Assembly: GCA_038060895.1 (NCBI GenBank)
Contig: JBBTCT010000027.1
Location: 64,001-128,000 of the forward strand
Direction of reading: 5' to 3'
Length of the DNA stretch: 64,000 bases
Origin: Planctomycetota bacterium
GTDB lineage: Bacteria; Planctomycetota; MHYJ01; WSZJ01
Of the stretch, positions 46,801 to 59,029 are shown in pieces; position 1 is the first letter of the stretch, and every line of letters starts with the position of its first letter. A model generated the notes under the pieces. That model was not told the DNA's origin, searched no databases, and saw only the letters and a list, made by a program, of their open reading frames with translations. The translations under genes and the position numbers were made by a program.

Positions 46801-47802
46801 TCAAAATTTGTATCCGAGGGTGGCGAAGTAAAGGACGTCGTGCCTGAAGTTGTGCGCGGGCGCCTCGTGATCGTAGTCCCAGATCGCCCCGATCCTCATC
46901 GTCCATCCCTTCCCCAAACCTGCAGAAATCGACGCTTCATCGCGTGCCTGCCAGTTCTTGCCACGCTCGAAGTTCGGGTAGAAGGTCAGGTCGTTGACGA
47001 AGACGAGGCCGAGGAACAGGTCCTGGCGGAAGTGAACGAAGATGCGCGCGCCCAGGTGTCCTTCGTCCGGCGAATTCCTGTAGTCATTGGTCATGTAGGC
47101 AGGACCGACTTCGGCCGAGAGATCGGTGTGGTCGGCCTTGATGAAGTCGTACCCGACGCCGACGCTCGTGACGGTCCCGACGCGGAGGTCCTTTGAGAAG
47201 TCGTGGAGGACCTCCTCGCTGATGTACCCGTAAAACCTCTCCGTGAACTTGTACGCGTACTTGATAAGTCCGTAGGCTTTCCGGTCGGTCGTGACTCCCC
47301 GCTCGCGCCCGTAACGGAAATCGGCCCGGATCTGGAACTTGTCATGCTCCGTTTCGCGCAGCAGGTTGATCGCCCCGAGCCCGCTGATCTTGCGTGAGTT
47401 TCCCCCTGTCTGGTAGTAGCCGAGATCAATCGACCCGTGCCAGGTGGTCGGCGTCTCGTTGATATTCGCGACCTTCGCAGGATCCACTTCAACGGGCCCC
47501 TTCAGCGTTTCTCCTTCGACCTTCAGCGCCCCGGCATCGGTCGTGGACACTTTTCCCTCGATCAGCTGCCCGTCGGCAAGCTTCAGCCTGACCGCGTCTC
47601 CTGTGGACAGCGACTGCACCTGCGCCCAGTCGATCAGCACTTCACCCGCATACGCCGTTTTGAATTTCAGCTTTCCGCCGTTCATGTCCACGACGGTGCC
47701 GCTGAGACGGTCTCCGTTTTTCAGGGTGACGATGTCTTCGGCGGAAGCGGCGACGCCGAGCAGCAGGAGCAGGGCTAGAGTAAACCGCGCGTTCATGGGC
47801 AT
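46801..47802 (-). CDS. DUF481-family outer membrane beta-barrel protein
   Basis: Signal peptide, D.VTLKNGDRLSG, amphipathic strands, terminal LGYKF. Confidence 0.85.
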   Translation of the reverse strand: MPMNARFTLALLLLLGVAASAEDIVTLKNGDRLSGTVVDMNGGKLKFKTAYAGEVLIDWAQVQSLSTGDAVRLKLADGQLIEGKVSTTDAGALKVEGETLKGPVEVDPAKVANINETPTTWHGSIDLGYYQTGGNSRKISGLGAINLLRETEHDKFQIRADFRYGRERGVTTDRKAYGLIKYAYKFTERFYGYISEEVLHDFSKDLRVGTVTSVGVGYDFIKADHTDLSAEVGPAYMTNDYRNSPDEGHLGARIFVHFRQDLFLGLVFVNDLTFYPNFERGKNWQARDEASISAGLGKGWTMRIGAIWDYDHEAPAHNFRHDVLYFATLGYKF

Positions 47803-47860
47803 CTCTCTCCGGGATCGGGTTCGGAAAGGAAGACTATTGCGGTATGCATCCCATTCAATG

Positions 47861-47884
47861 AAAAAGGCCGCCCCGAGGGCGGCC
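47861..47884 (-). terminator. Intrinsic terminator of thiC-thi4
   Basis: GGCCGCCC-3nt-GGGCGGCC followed by T5 on the minus strand. Confidence 0.8.
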
Positions 47885-47905
47885 CGTGGAATCCCGGAGA
47901 TCAAA

Positions 47906-49174
47906 TCAGGGTTTCTTTTTGAAGAAGCGGCTGGTGCTGCCGCGCATCCAGCGATTTGTCTCGGGATTGACCGTCGGAATTCCCGGGTCCGGCGGGGCCA
48001 CTGGCGGAGCATTCAGCGACTGGCTCGGCGGATTCGACGGCGAGCCGCTCTGGGCCTGCGCAACGGGAACGGCGGGGAGGCCGCCGCTGCTGGGCGTCTG
48101 GCTCGGCCGGGCCGGCACCTGCGCCGTGACCGCAGGCTGAAACCCGCTCGGCGTGCGCGTGCCGGAAGCCGGTGTTCCCGGGGCCGGGATGCTGGAGCCA
48201 GGGAATCGACCGGTGGTGACGGGGGCGGCAGGAAGCGACGCCACGCTGCCGAACGACTTGGTCGGCGCAACCGGCGTCGGAGCGCCGGGCGGCGGCGGGA
48301 GCTTGACCTGGACGATGCCGGCGGCCGCGGCCGCGCTGGCCGCCGCCGTCTTGTAACTCTGCGTCGCCGAAGGCGCGGCGGGACGCCGGAGCTTCAGCAC
48401 GATCTGCTCCGCGGCCCTTTCGCCCGAAAGCAGCATCGCGCCGAACGCCGGTCCCATGCGCGGCGTGCCGTGCACCGCAGCGACCGCCAGCCCGCAGACC
48501 CAGAGATTCGGGAGATACTCGCCCGTCCGCTTCACGACCTCCTCCTCCGACTCCTCGATCCACATCGCCCCGTTTCCGGGCGGCTTCGCACAGATGTTCC
48601 GCTTCGCCAGGATGTTTACGACGGAAGCGTCGTGCCCGGTCGCATCCACGACGATGTGCGCTTCGAGCGGGATCGGGTCCACGTGCGCCGTGCCGCTGGG
48701 CATGCTGTAGAGAGGTGCGTAATTGACGACGAGCCCGTCGAGACGGTTCTCGCGCCAGACCACGTCGCGCACCACCGTCAGGTTCAGGAACTTCGCTCCC
48801 GCCGCGTAGCACGCCGCGATCAGCGCCGCCGTCGCGTGCGGCGGGTCGCACAGGATGATGCCGCTGCCGGCGTCCTGAAGCGGAACCCGGAGCTCTTCCA
48901 GAATCCGGTCGGCCGGCTTGCGGATGGCGGCCTTGTTCGACATGTACCCGCCGTTCCAGAAGCCGCCGCCGAGGTGGTTGCACTGTTCGACGACGACGAC
49001 CTTGAGTCCCTGGCGCGCGAGATTCAGCGCGCAGCACAGCCCGCTCGGCCCGGCGCCGACGACCAGCACTTCGGACTGGATCATCTGGTCAAAATGGTCG
49101 GCCCACGACCGCGTAATTGCCCGGGTGACGTCTGCTTCGCGCCCCTCGGATTGAAAGAATTTGCCGGTTGCCAT
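47906..49174 (-). CDS. thi4: Thi4-type thiazole synthase (His variant) with long Pro-rich C-terminal tail
   Basis: VGAGPSG, GGGFWNGG, HVDPI, DATGHDA, GTPRMGPAFGAMLLSG. Confidence 0.92.
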   Translation of the reverse strand: MATGKFFQSEGREADVTRAITRSWADHFDQMIQSEVLVVGAGPSGLCCALNLARQGLKVVVVEQCNHLGGGFWNGGYMSNKAAIRKPADRILEELRVPLQDAGSGIILCDPPHATAALIAACYAAGAKFLNLTVVRDVVWRENRLDGLVVNYAPLYSMPSGTAHVDPIPLEAHIVVDATGHDASVVNILAKRNICAKPPGNGAMWIEESEEEVVKRTGEYLPNLWVCGLAVAAVHGTPRMGPAFGAMLLSGERAAEQIVLKLRRPAAPSATQSYKTAAASAAAAAGIVQVKLPPPPGAPTPVAPTKSFGSVASLPAAPVTTGRFPGSSIPAPGTPASGTRTPSGFQPAVTAQVPARPSQTPSSGGLPAVPVAQAQSGSPSNPPSQSLNAPPVAPPDPGIPTVNPETNRWMRGSTSRFFKKKP

Positions 49175-49176
49175 GA

Positions 49177-52087
<2,911 letters not shown>

Positions 52088-52091
52088 CCGC

Positions 52092-52268
52092 GTGGACTAC
52101 GTGATTATGGCGGTGTGGGCCGGTGCACTCGTTGCAGCGATGCTCATATTCCTGAAGTGGCCGGCGACGTCCGGGGATTCGCGACGTGATCCCAATTGCG
52201 GCCAGGAAGATCCCGACTACGGGGATTCGCCAGGTGATCCGAATTCCGGCCAGGAAGATCCCGACTGA
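52092..52268 (+). CDS. Putative 58-aa single-TM microprotein with duplicated acidic 16-aa unit
   Basis: GTG start, hydrophobic helix, 48-bp direct repeat encoding GDSxxDPNxGQEDPD twice. Confidence 0.5.
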   Translation: MDYVIMAVWAGALVAAMLIFLKWPATSGDSRRDPNCGQEDPDYGDSPGDPNSGQEDPD

Positions 52269-52574
52269 GGTTGGCCCGACATGGGGAGACCGATGCGAAG
52301 GCCTGCTGGGCCGGAGGGTGCGTCCTTGCATGCGCTGGTTCTGCCTGCGCGAGACGAGCCGCTGGCCGGGGTCCTGAAACTCCGGACGACGGGGCGGGAC
52401 AGAGAACTCGCCGCCCCGGAGACCGTTGAGCTGAAGTCAACGGTGTACGGACGCTGAGCCGCGACAATTTCACGGGGAATTAGCGCGACCTTCACCGGTC
52501 GCTAGCGCCCGTCGAGTCTCATCTGTCGAAGCCCGACGGGCGCTCCGCGGGCACCCACAAACGAGGAGGCTCCC

Positions 52575-53087
52575 ATGAAGGTTCAGGATCTATGCCGCCG
52601 GAAGCCGAACACCTGCCTTGCGGAAGCGAACCTGGCCGTGGCCGTGGCAAAGCTGTGGGAAGGGGACAGCGGCGCCCTGATCGTCGTGGACGCTTCCGAC
52701 CGGCCGGTCGCCGTGCTGACGGACCGGGACATCGCGATTGCGCTTGGGACGCGGGACGTACCGGCGAGCGCAATTCGAGTGTCGGAGGTGATGTCGAAGC
52801 GGCTCTACACGTGTCTCGTGAATGACGATGTTCGGACGGCCATCCGGATCATGGTCCGAAACGGGGTGCGGCGGCTGCCGGTGATCGACCAGGAAGCGCA
52901 CGTCGCGGGGATGCTGTCCGTGAACGACCTCGTGCTGGAGGCGCGGCCGGCGCGGACCGGAAAGAGCGAGGATCTGACCTGGGCGGACCTGGTGCCGGCT
53001 CTCGACGTCCTGTTCCGGCCATCGAGATCCAGGATTCCGGACAACATGATGGGAGAGGCGGCCATTTTCGCGACGGTCCGGGCCTAG
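52575..53087 (+). CDS. CBS-domain pair protein
   Basis: GAGGAGG SD; LWEGDSGAL, LTDRDI, VRRLPV..GMLSVND. Confidence 0.9.
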   Translation: MKVQDLCRRKPNTCLAEANLAVAVAKLWEGDSGALIVVDASDRPVAVLTDRDIAIALGTRDVPASAIRVSEVMSKRLYTCLVNDDVRTAIRIMVRNGVRRLPVIDQEAHVAGMLSVNDLVLEARPARTGKSEDLTWADLVPALDVLFRPSRSRIPDNMMGEAAIFATVRA

Positions 53088-53097
53088 CCAAACTCGC

Positions 53098-54096
53098 TCA
53101 GTACGCCGCGAAGGCGCCCTTTTCAGCCGCCGTCAGTCCGCAATCCTCGAGAAGCTGGAGGTCCATCTCCGAGTTTCTGCCGGAGGTCGTCAGGTAATTG
53201 CCGAGCATCGTGGAGCTCGCGCCCGCGAAGAACATCATTCCCTGGAGGTCGCGCAGGCAGACTTCCCGCCCGCCGGCGGTCTTGATGTCCGATTCCGGGA
53301 GGATGAAGCGCGCGACCGCGAGGCAGCGGAGGCACTCGAGCGGCGGCATCTTCGGGATGTCGCCCATGGGAGTCCCCGCCGTCGGGTTGAGGAAGTTGAC
53401 CGGCACCGTGTCGGCGCCCACCTCGCGCAGGTCGAGCAGCATGTCCACGCGGTCTTCCACGGTCTCGCCCATTCCAAAGATTCCGCCGGAACAGATGTGG
53501 ATTCCCTCGACCTTCAGAAACCGGATCGTCTGCAGCCGGTCGTCGTACGAATGCGTCGTGCAGATCCGCGGGAAAAACCGGCGGCTCGTTTCCAGGTTGT
53601 GGTTGTACTCGTGCAGTCCGGCTTCCGCGAGCGCCCTCGCGATCGAAGCGTCCTCGATGATGCCGAGGCTCGCGTCCGGGTGAATGATCCCCTCGGCCTT
53701 GATGCGGCGAAGCGACTCGCACACGTTGTCGAGGATCGCTCCCTTCGTCAGGCCGCGCCACGCCGCCACCAGCCCGAAACAGCCGCTGCCGCGCTTCGCC
53801 GCCTCACGCGCTTCCGCCACGATCGCGTCCACGTCCAGCAACTGGTACTCCTGCACTCCCGTCTTGTAGCGCACGCTTTGCGCGCAGAACACGCAGTCCT
53901 CCGCGCACTTCCCGCTCTTCACGTTCATGATCGAACAGAACGTGATCCGGTCCCCGCGGAACTGGTGCCTGATCCGGTTCGCGGCGGCGAAGAGGTCCAG
54001 GAGGTCCGGCCCTTCGTAGGTGAAGAGCTCGAGCGCTTCTTCGCGCGTGACTTTGCCGCCTTTGAGGATCCGGTCGCGGAGTTGGAAGACGTCCAT
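53098..54096 (-). CDS. bioB: Biotin synthase
   Basis: KSGKCAEDCVFCAQS, YNHNLETS, ICSGGIFGMGE, VPVNFL, AGGRE, GNYLTT. Confidence 0.93.
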   Translation of the reverse strand: MDVFQLRDRILKGGKVTREEALELFTYEGPDLLDLFAAANRIRHQFRGDRITFCSIMNVKSGKCAEDCVFCAQSVRYKTGVQEYQLLDVDAIVAEAREAAKRGSGCFGLVAAWRGLTKGAILDNVCESLRRIKAEGIIHPDASLGIIEDASIARALAEAGLHEYNHNLETSRRFFPRICTTHSYDDRLQTIRFLKVEGIHICSGGIFGMGETVEDRVDMLLDLREVGADTVPVNFLNPTAGTPMGDIPKMPPLECLRCLAVARFILPESDIKTAGGREVCLRDLQGMMFFAGASSTMLGNYLTTSGRNSEMDLQLLEDCGLTAAEKGAFAAY

Positions 54097-54168
54097 GGTG
54101 GCCTCGAGGTGGTGAAGGGAGGGAGCCACAATCGGGGAAGGAGGGAACGCGGTCAAGAGTTGCGGATT

Positions 54169-57100
54169 TCACTTCTTCGATTCGGCGGCCTCAATCAACG
54201 TCAGCAGCGCCAGCGCCGTGCCGACGCTTTTCCCCTGCATCTGCCCATCGACGAATCCGCCGTCGATCTCCTGCGTCGGGAGGACCTGCTCGACCAGTTT
54301 CGCGGCGAGGCCGCGCTGGTCGTTCGCGGGGAGGAGGCGGATGGTGCGGGCGGCGTACCAGCAGCCGAAGTAATAGTGATAGGCGTCGTGGACGACGCTG
54401 GCGTCGAAGTGGGACTCCCAGACTTTCGACGTTCCGCGCACTTCTTCCAGGTGCTTGAAAAAGAGGTCGATCGATTCCCGGACGCGGCCGGCCGTCTTTT
54501 CGAAACCGGCCTTCGTGAGGGCCAACTCGATGAGGGGCGACCGCATGGCGGATCCCTCCGGTTGGGAATCTGAAGTCAGCTGTTCCATCCGGGTGCCGTA
54601 ATGAAAAACCGCCTTCTTCCCCAGGCGGCACTTCTCGAGCCAGGCGCCCGCGCGCTCCATCATCTTCGGATCGACGGCGACACCCAGCGCCTTGAGCTCG
54701 GCGAGCGACAGCAGGATCGGCGCCGTGTTGAACGTGTGTAGCCGGGGCGCAGGCATGTACGACCACGCGCCTCCCGACTCCATCCGGGCCACCGACTCCA
54801 GCAGCTTCTTCACGCGCTTCGCCGCTGTTTCCTTCTCCGCCCCTTTCGACTCCGCCAGCAGGCGCGTTTCGAGGTGCAGCACGTACGTCACCTGCCAGAT
54901 CCAGTCGCCGGGCCGGTCTTCCCACTCGCGCACGAACTGAATCCCGCGAGCGGCGCCTTCCTTTGCTTTCGCTGCGCGGGCGGCGTCCAGGCGGGGAAGC
55001 GCCGCGCGCAGGGCGCAGACCGCGAGCGCGGAGCGCGCCGGCGCGTAATCAAACTGGGATCCTGTGCCGTCAGCGGGGGAGTCCCCGAGCTTCGGATTCC
55101 GCCACGAGCCGTCGGGGCGCTGCTGCGCGAGCAGGTAGTCCACCCCGGCGTCGATCGCGTCCTCAAGCGACCGCTTCCGTTCCGTTCCGCGCGCCAGCGG
55201 GTCCGCGGCGACCGGCTCGGTCGTCGCCCACTCTTCGAGGAAGGGGCCCGAGCGTGAATACCGAAGCGCGGCCAGTGCGGCCCAGGGGCCGGCGGGCGCC
55301 CTCTCGACGATGCCGCGCCAGGCGTCTTCCGCTTCCGCTCGCTTCCCTGCAGCGTCCTGCAGCAGTCCCTTCACGTATTCCGCCCGGTCGCGTCCCGGGT
55401 CGCCGTCCGGCGCTGGAAATCCCGGGTCGAGTGCCTTGCGCGCTTCGTCGAATCGCCGCTGGCGGGTGAGCAGGTCGGCGAGGAGTGCGGCTCGGGAAAC
55501 GCGAAGACTCTCCGGCGTCCGCATCGCCCTGAGGAGTTTTTCGGCGGCATCCAGGTCCCCCGTCAGCATCGCGATCTCTCCGCGCGCGAGCCCGTGCCAG
55601 TCGTCATTCGCCTGCGAAACGGCGTCCAGTTCGGCTTTCGCCTCGCGGAACGCGCCGCAAGCGAGCAATTCTTCAACGAGCTTGCGCCGAAGGGTCGAAT
55701 CCGCGGGCTGCTTTCTTGCCGCGTCGCGCGCAGCCCCGACCGCGTCGTCGAGTGGCGCCTGCTTCGGATTTACCGCCAGGACTGCCATGCAGGCCTGGTG
55801 AAATCGGGCCGGACTGAAGACGCCCATGTGCGTGACCGCGTGGACGAGTTTTCCGTCAGGAGTCGTCCAGAGGACAGCAGGGGGAACAGAGTCCGCGCAC
55901 CGGGTCCCGAGTTTCTGAAGCGGGTCGACCATGCGGCTCGTTCCCCTGGAAGGGAAGTGCTCCGTGCAAAGACGCAGGCGAAGGAGGACGAACCGCCGCC
56001 CGGCCAGTGAAGCGTTGCGCGGGTCGCCGAGAAGAGCCGTGAGAATCGCCCGCTCCTTGGTGAATCCAGTCTCGAAGCTTCGCACGAATTCCTCTGTCTG
56101 GTTCGGACCAGGCGGGTTGGCCTTGCGAACGTCGTCGGCCCCGTCGTAGCCGTCCTCGAAGTGCCCGTTCTCGTACGGGAGCACGAACGCGACGATCATC
56201 CGGCCGCTTTTTGCCGCAGTGGAGATTGCTTCCTCCAGGGACTTCGCCCAGGGCAGCCGGTCGATAGAGTTTTCGGCCTGCGGAAGCGGTTTTGCGGGAG
56301 GCGGTGAGGCGAGGACAAGAAGAGCCGCGGCGGCGGCTTCCCGGACGGGGAACGCATTTTTCCCGGTCCGGGGATCGGGAGCGGTGTAGCCGTCCTTCTC
56401 CGACATTTCTCTCAGCCTGGCTTCGACCGCCTTGTTGCCGTGGCCTGTTTTCCCGAGACCTTCGGCGGTGTAGAGGCGGACCGCCCAGACATCGTCGCGA
56501 CTCGCAGCCAGAAGCGCGGGGACGCACTTCGGGGATCCGATTGCGCCCAGGCACCAGGCGGCCATGAAGCGCTGCTGCAGGTCATGGCTCGTGTCCTCGA
56601 GAGCGAGAACGACCTCCGCGATGGCGGCTTCGCCGAACTTCTCGGCGATTGCCTTCCACGCGGCACCGGCCTCGGCGTCCCTTTTCTCCAGCGCGAGATC
56701 GACCGCGTCCTTGATTTCCTTCGGATCCGCGGGGGCCGGTTTTTCGCCGGCGACGGTGCCGCCGAGTTTTTTCACCAGCGCCTTGAACCGGGCGGGGTCG
56801 GCGCCGAGTGCGCCGGCCAGCATGTCGAGGTCATACAGCCCCTCGAGAAATGCGGTGTCGTACGTCCAGAATACGAACGGGAGCTTTGCGTCCTTCGCGA
56901 GCTTCAGGAACTCGGAGAGCTTCGCGTCGGGCATCCGGTCCGTAGCGCCCCAGGTGATCTTTGCGAGCGCCGGCCCCCCCGCGCGCGCTTCGGCCCGGAC
57001 CTTCGTCGCGGAGGCAATGTCCTCCCTGAAGTCCGCGTCCTCCCGCAGGAAGACGTAAGGCCTCGCGACGTCGACGACCTCTTTCATCGCGGCGAACCAC

Positions 57101-57735
57101 GCGGAGTCCGGCGGATAGACGACGGCGAGCCGGGAGTCCTTCTTCACCTGCGTCATCGCCGCCTTCACTTCCTGCAGGAAGCGCCGGGTCCCGGCGTTGG
57201 CTGCGTCGGCGTCCTTTGCCTTCGCGGCTGCGCAGCCGGCGCACGCGCACCAGTTTCGCGGGTTGTACACGGTGACCTCCTCCAGCGACGGACACCGGCG
57301 GAGAATGTCCGCTGCCCACTTCACGCCCCACGCGCGGGCTTTCTCGCTCGAGAAGCAGATTTCCCGGTGTGACTCGTCCGCGGGCTTTCCGTCCGCGTCC
57401 GCCTGCGTCTCGACTCCGATCTCTTCCGCTTCATGCGCGAAGAACCTCGGCCGGTACATCGCTGCAACTTCGACGCCATCCGCTTTCAGGGCCTTGACGA
57501 GATCATCCACCTTCGCGAAATCCGTCCGGTCCCAGTGAGCCGTGATCCACGCCCAGTCCACGACGACGTGGCGAAAATGTCCTTCGGCCACGAACGCCCG
57601 GATGTCGGCGACGGATTGGTCTTTTCCAATCGACGACGCGAGGACGGCAATTCCCGCTTCATGGGGAGGAGGCTCTGCAATCGAGCCGGACACCAGGAAG
57701 ATCAGGAACGCGGTCGCGGCAAGGGCTCGAAGCAT
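54169..57735 (-). CDS. Large secreted multidomain protein (GH-like barrel, HEAT, thioredoxin-like, TPR, prenyltransferase/terpene-cyclase-like toroid)
   Basis: Signal peptide; ICFS..WCACAGC; HEAT RDDVWAVR; LPWAKSLEEA; YLLAQQRPDGSW and TQEIDGGF QW-like motifs. Confidence 0.75.
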   Translation of the reverse strand: MLRALAATAFLIFLVSGSIAEPPPHEAGIAVLASSIGKDQSVADIRAFVAEGHFRHVVVDWAWITAHWDRTDFAKVDDLVKALKADGVEVAAMYRPRFFAHEAEEIGVETQADADGKPADESHREICFSSEKARAWGVKWAADILRRCPSLEEVTVYNPRNWCACAGCAAAKAKDADAANAGTRRFLQEVKAAMTQVKKDSRLAVVYPPDSAWFAAMKEVVDVARPYVFLREDADFREDIASATKVRAEARAGGPALAKITWGATDRMPDAKLSEFLKLAKDAKLPFVFWTYDTAFLEGLYDLDMLAGALGADPARFKALVKKLGGTVAGEKPAPADPKEIKDAVDLALEKRDAEAGAAWKAIAEKFGEAAIAEVVLALEDTSHDLQQRFMAAWCLGAIGSPKCVPALLAASRDDVWAVRLYTAEGLGKTGHGNKAVEARLREMSEKDGYTAPDPRTGKNAFPVREAAAAALLVLASPPPAKPLPQAENSIDRLPWAKSLEEAISTAAKSGRMIVAFVLPYENGHFEDGYDGADDVRKANPPGPNQTEEFVRSFETGFTKERAILTALLGDPRNASLAGRRFVLLRLRLCTEHFPSRGTSRMVDPLQKLGTRCADSVPPAVLWTTPDGKLVHAVTHMGVFSPARFHQACMAVLAVNPKQAPLDDAVGAARDAARKQPADSTLRRKLVEELLACGAFREAKAELDAVSQANDDWHGLARGEIAMLTGDLDAAEKLLRAMRTPESLRVSRAALLADLLTRQRRFDEARKALDPGFPAPDGDPGRDRAEYVKGLLQDAAGKRAEAEDAWRGIVERAPAGPWAALAALRYSRSGPFLEEWATTEPVAADPLARGTERKRSLEDAIDAGVDYLLAQQRPDGSWRNPKLGDSPADGTGSQFDYAPARSALAVCALRAALPRLDAARAAKAKEGAARGIQFVREWEDRPGDWIWQVTYVLHLETRLLAESKGAEKETAAKRVKKLLESVARMESGGAWSYMPAPRLHTFNTAPILLSLAELKALGVAVDPKMMERAGAWLEKCRLGKKAVFHYGTRMEQLTSDSQPEGSAMRSPLIELALTKAGFEKTAGRVRESIDLFFKHLEEVRGTSKVWESHFDASVVHDAYHYYFGCWYAARTIRLLPANDQRGLAAKLVEQVLPTQEIDGGFVDGQMQGKSVGTALALLTLIEAAESKK

Positions 57736-57768
57736 GAGATCACCCGGAATGCGATTCCCAGCATGGTA

Positions 57769-58917
57769 TCAGCGGCGGCGCTTCCACTCCGTCATCGCAT
57801 CGAGCAGCCCGTCGATCTGCGCGGGTGCGTGCGCGGCCGTCACGGTGATCCTGAGCCTCGCGGTCCCGGTCGGAACCGCCGGGGGACGGATCGGGTGGAC
57901 GAAGAATCCTTTTTCGAGAAGGAATTCGCTCGTCGCGACCGCCGCTTTGTTTTCACCGACGACGACCGGGAGAATCGGGACCCGCGGGTCGCCGTGCGTG
58001 TCGTAGCCGACCTGGGTGAGCCCGGAGCGCAACCTCCTGGCGTTGGCCGCGAGCCGCTCACGGTCTTCCGGCCTTTTCTGGACCAGCACCAGGGCCGCCA
58101 GGGCGGCTGCCGCCGCGGCCGCAGGGAGCCCGGTCGTGAACATCAGCGAGCGGGCGAAATTGCGCAGCAGGCCGCACGCGTCCCTCGATCCAGCGACAAG
58201 GGCCCCTACTCCCCCAAGAGCTTTCGAAAGTGTCAGCATCCGAAAGTCCGGCCGAATTCCCGCTTCAGCGCATACCCCCCGCCCGCCCGGCCCGATCACC
58301 CCCGTCGCATGCGCTTCGTCCACCGCGAAAAGCGCTCCTCGCGCCGCCTGCGCCATCTCCGCAACCGGTGCGACGTCGCCGTCCATGCTGAAGACCGTGT
58401 CGGTGACGAAGAGCCTGCGCCCCGCGGCGGTAACCAGGGCTCGCTGAAGCGCTTCGGGATCTGAGTGGGGGAGAACGATGACGGCGGCCCCGGAAGTCCG
58501 GCACGCGTCGATCAGCGATGCATGGTTCATTTCGTCGCTCAGGACGGCATCGCCGCGACCCACCGTCGCGCCGATCATTCCTGCATTGGCGGAAGCGCCG
58601 CTGGGGAACAGCACCGAGTCCTCTTCGCCCAGCCATTCCGCGACGGCGCGCTCCAGCGCGGCGTGCGGCCGTTGCGTCCCGCAGACGAGCCGGCTGGCGC
58701 CCGTCCCCCATCCCCATTCGTCGATGGCCCGTTTCGCGGCATCCCGCACCTCGGGATGATTCGCGTAGCCGAGGTAATCATTCGAAGAGAAATTCGCCAC
58801 TTCCCGCCCGTCGAGCCGCAAGACGGGCCCCTGGGGCGCATCGAAGACGCGGATCGAACGCAGTCCGTCCTGACGCACTGCGTCATCCAGTCTGTCGCGA
58901 AAGGGGGAGTCGGACAT
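57769..58917 (-). CDS. bioF: 8-amino-7-oxononanoate synthase
   Basis: NFSSNDYLG, GASRLV.G, NHASLID, VFSMDGD, DEAH, TLSKALG, IRPPAVP. Confidence 0.92.
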   Translation of the reverse strand: MSDSPFRDRLDDAVRQDGLRSIRVFDAPQGPVLRLDGREVANFSSNDYLGYANHPEVRDAAKRAIDEWGWGTGASRLVCGTQRPHAALERAVAEWLGEEDSVLFPSGASANAGMIGATVGRGDAVLSDEMNHASLIDACRTSGAAVIVLPHSDPEALQRALVTAAGRRLFVTDTVFSMDGDVAPVAEMAQAARGALFAVDEAHATGVIGPGGRGVCAEAGIRPDFRMLTLSKALGGVGALVAGSRDACGLLRNFARSLMFTTGLPAAAAAAALAALVLVQKRPEDRERLAANARRLRSGLTQVGYDTHGDPRVPILPVVVGENKAAVATSEFLLEKGFFVHPIRPPAVPTGTARLRITVTAAHAPAQIDGLLDAMTEWKRRR

Positions 58918-59029
58918 GGGGGCGTGACAATAGCGGGGGTTCGCCGGGCATGGAAGCGAGATGAGTGCGGGAATTCCCGCGTGAGCGCGCTTCACGCTGC
59001 GGGCTTCCTGTGACAGAATCCCGCCCCCC

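Noticed and set aside
52172-52266. Direct repeats as a possible CRISPR array
   Set aside because: Only two abutting 48-bp copies, no spacer, no cas genes; better explained as an in-frame coding duplication.
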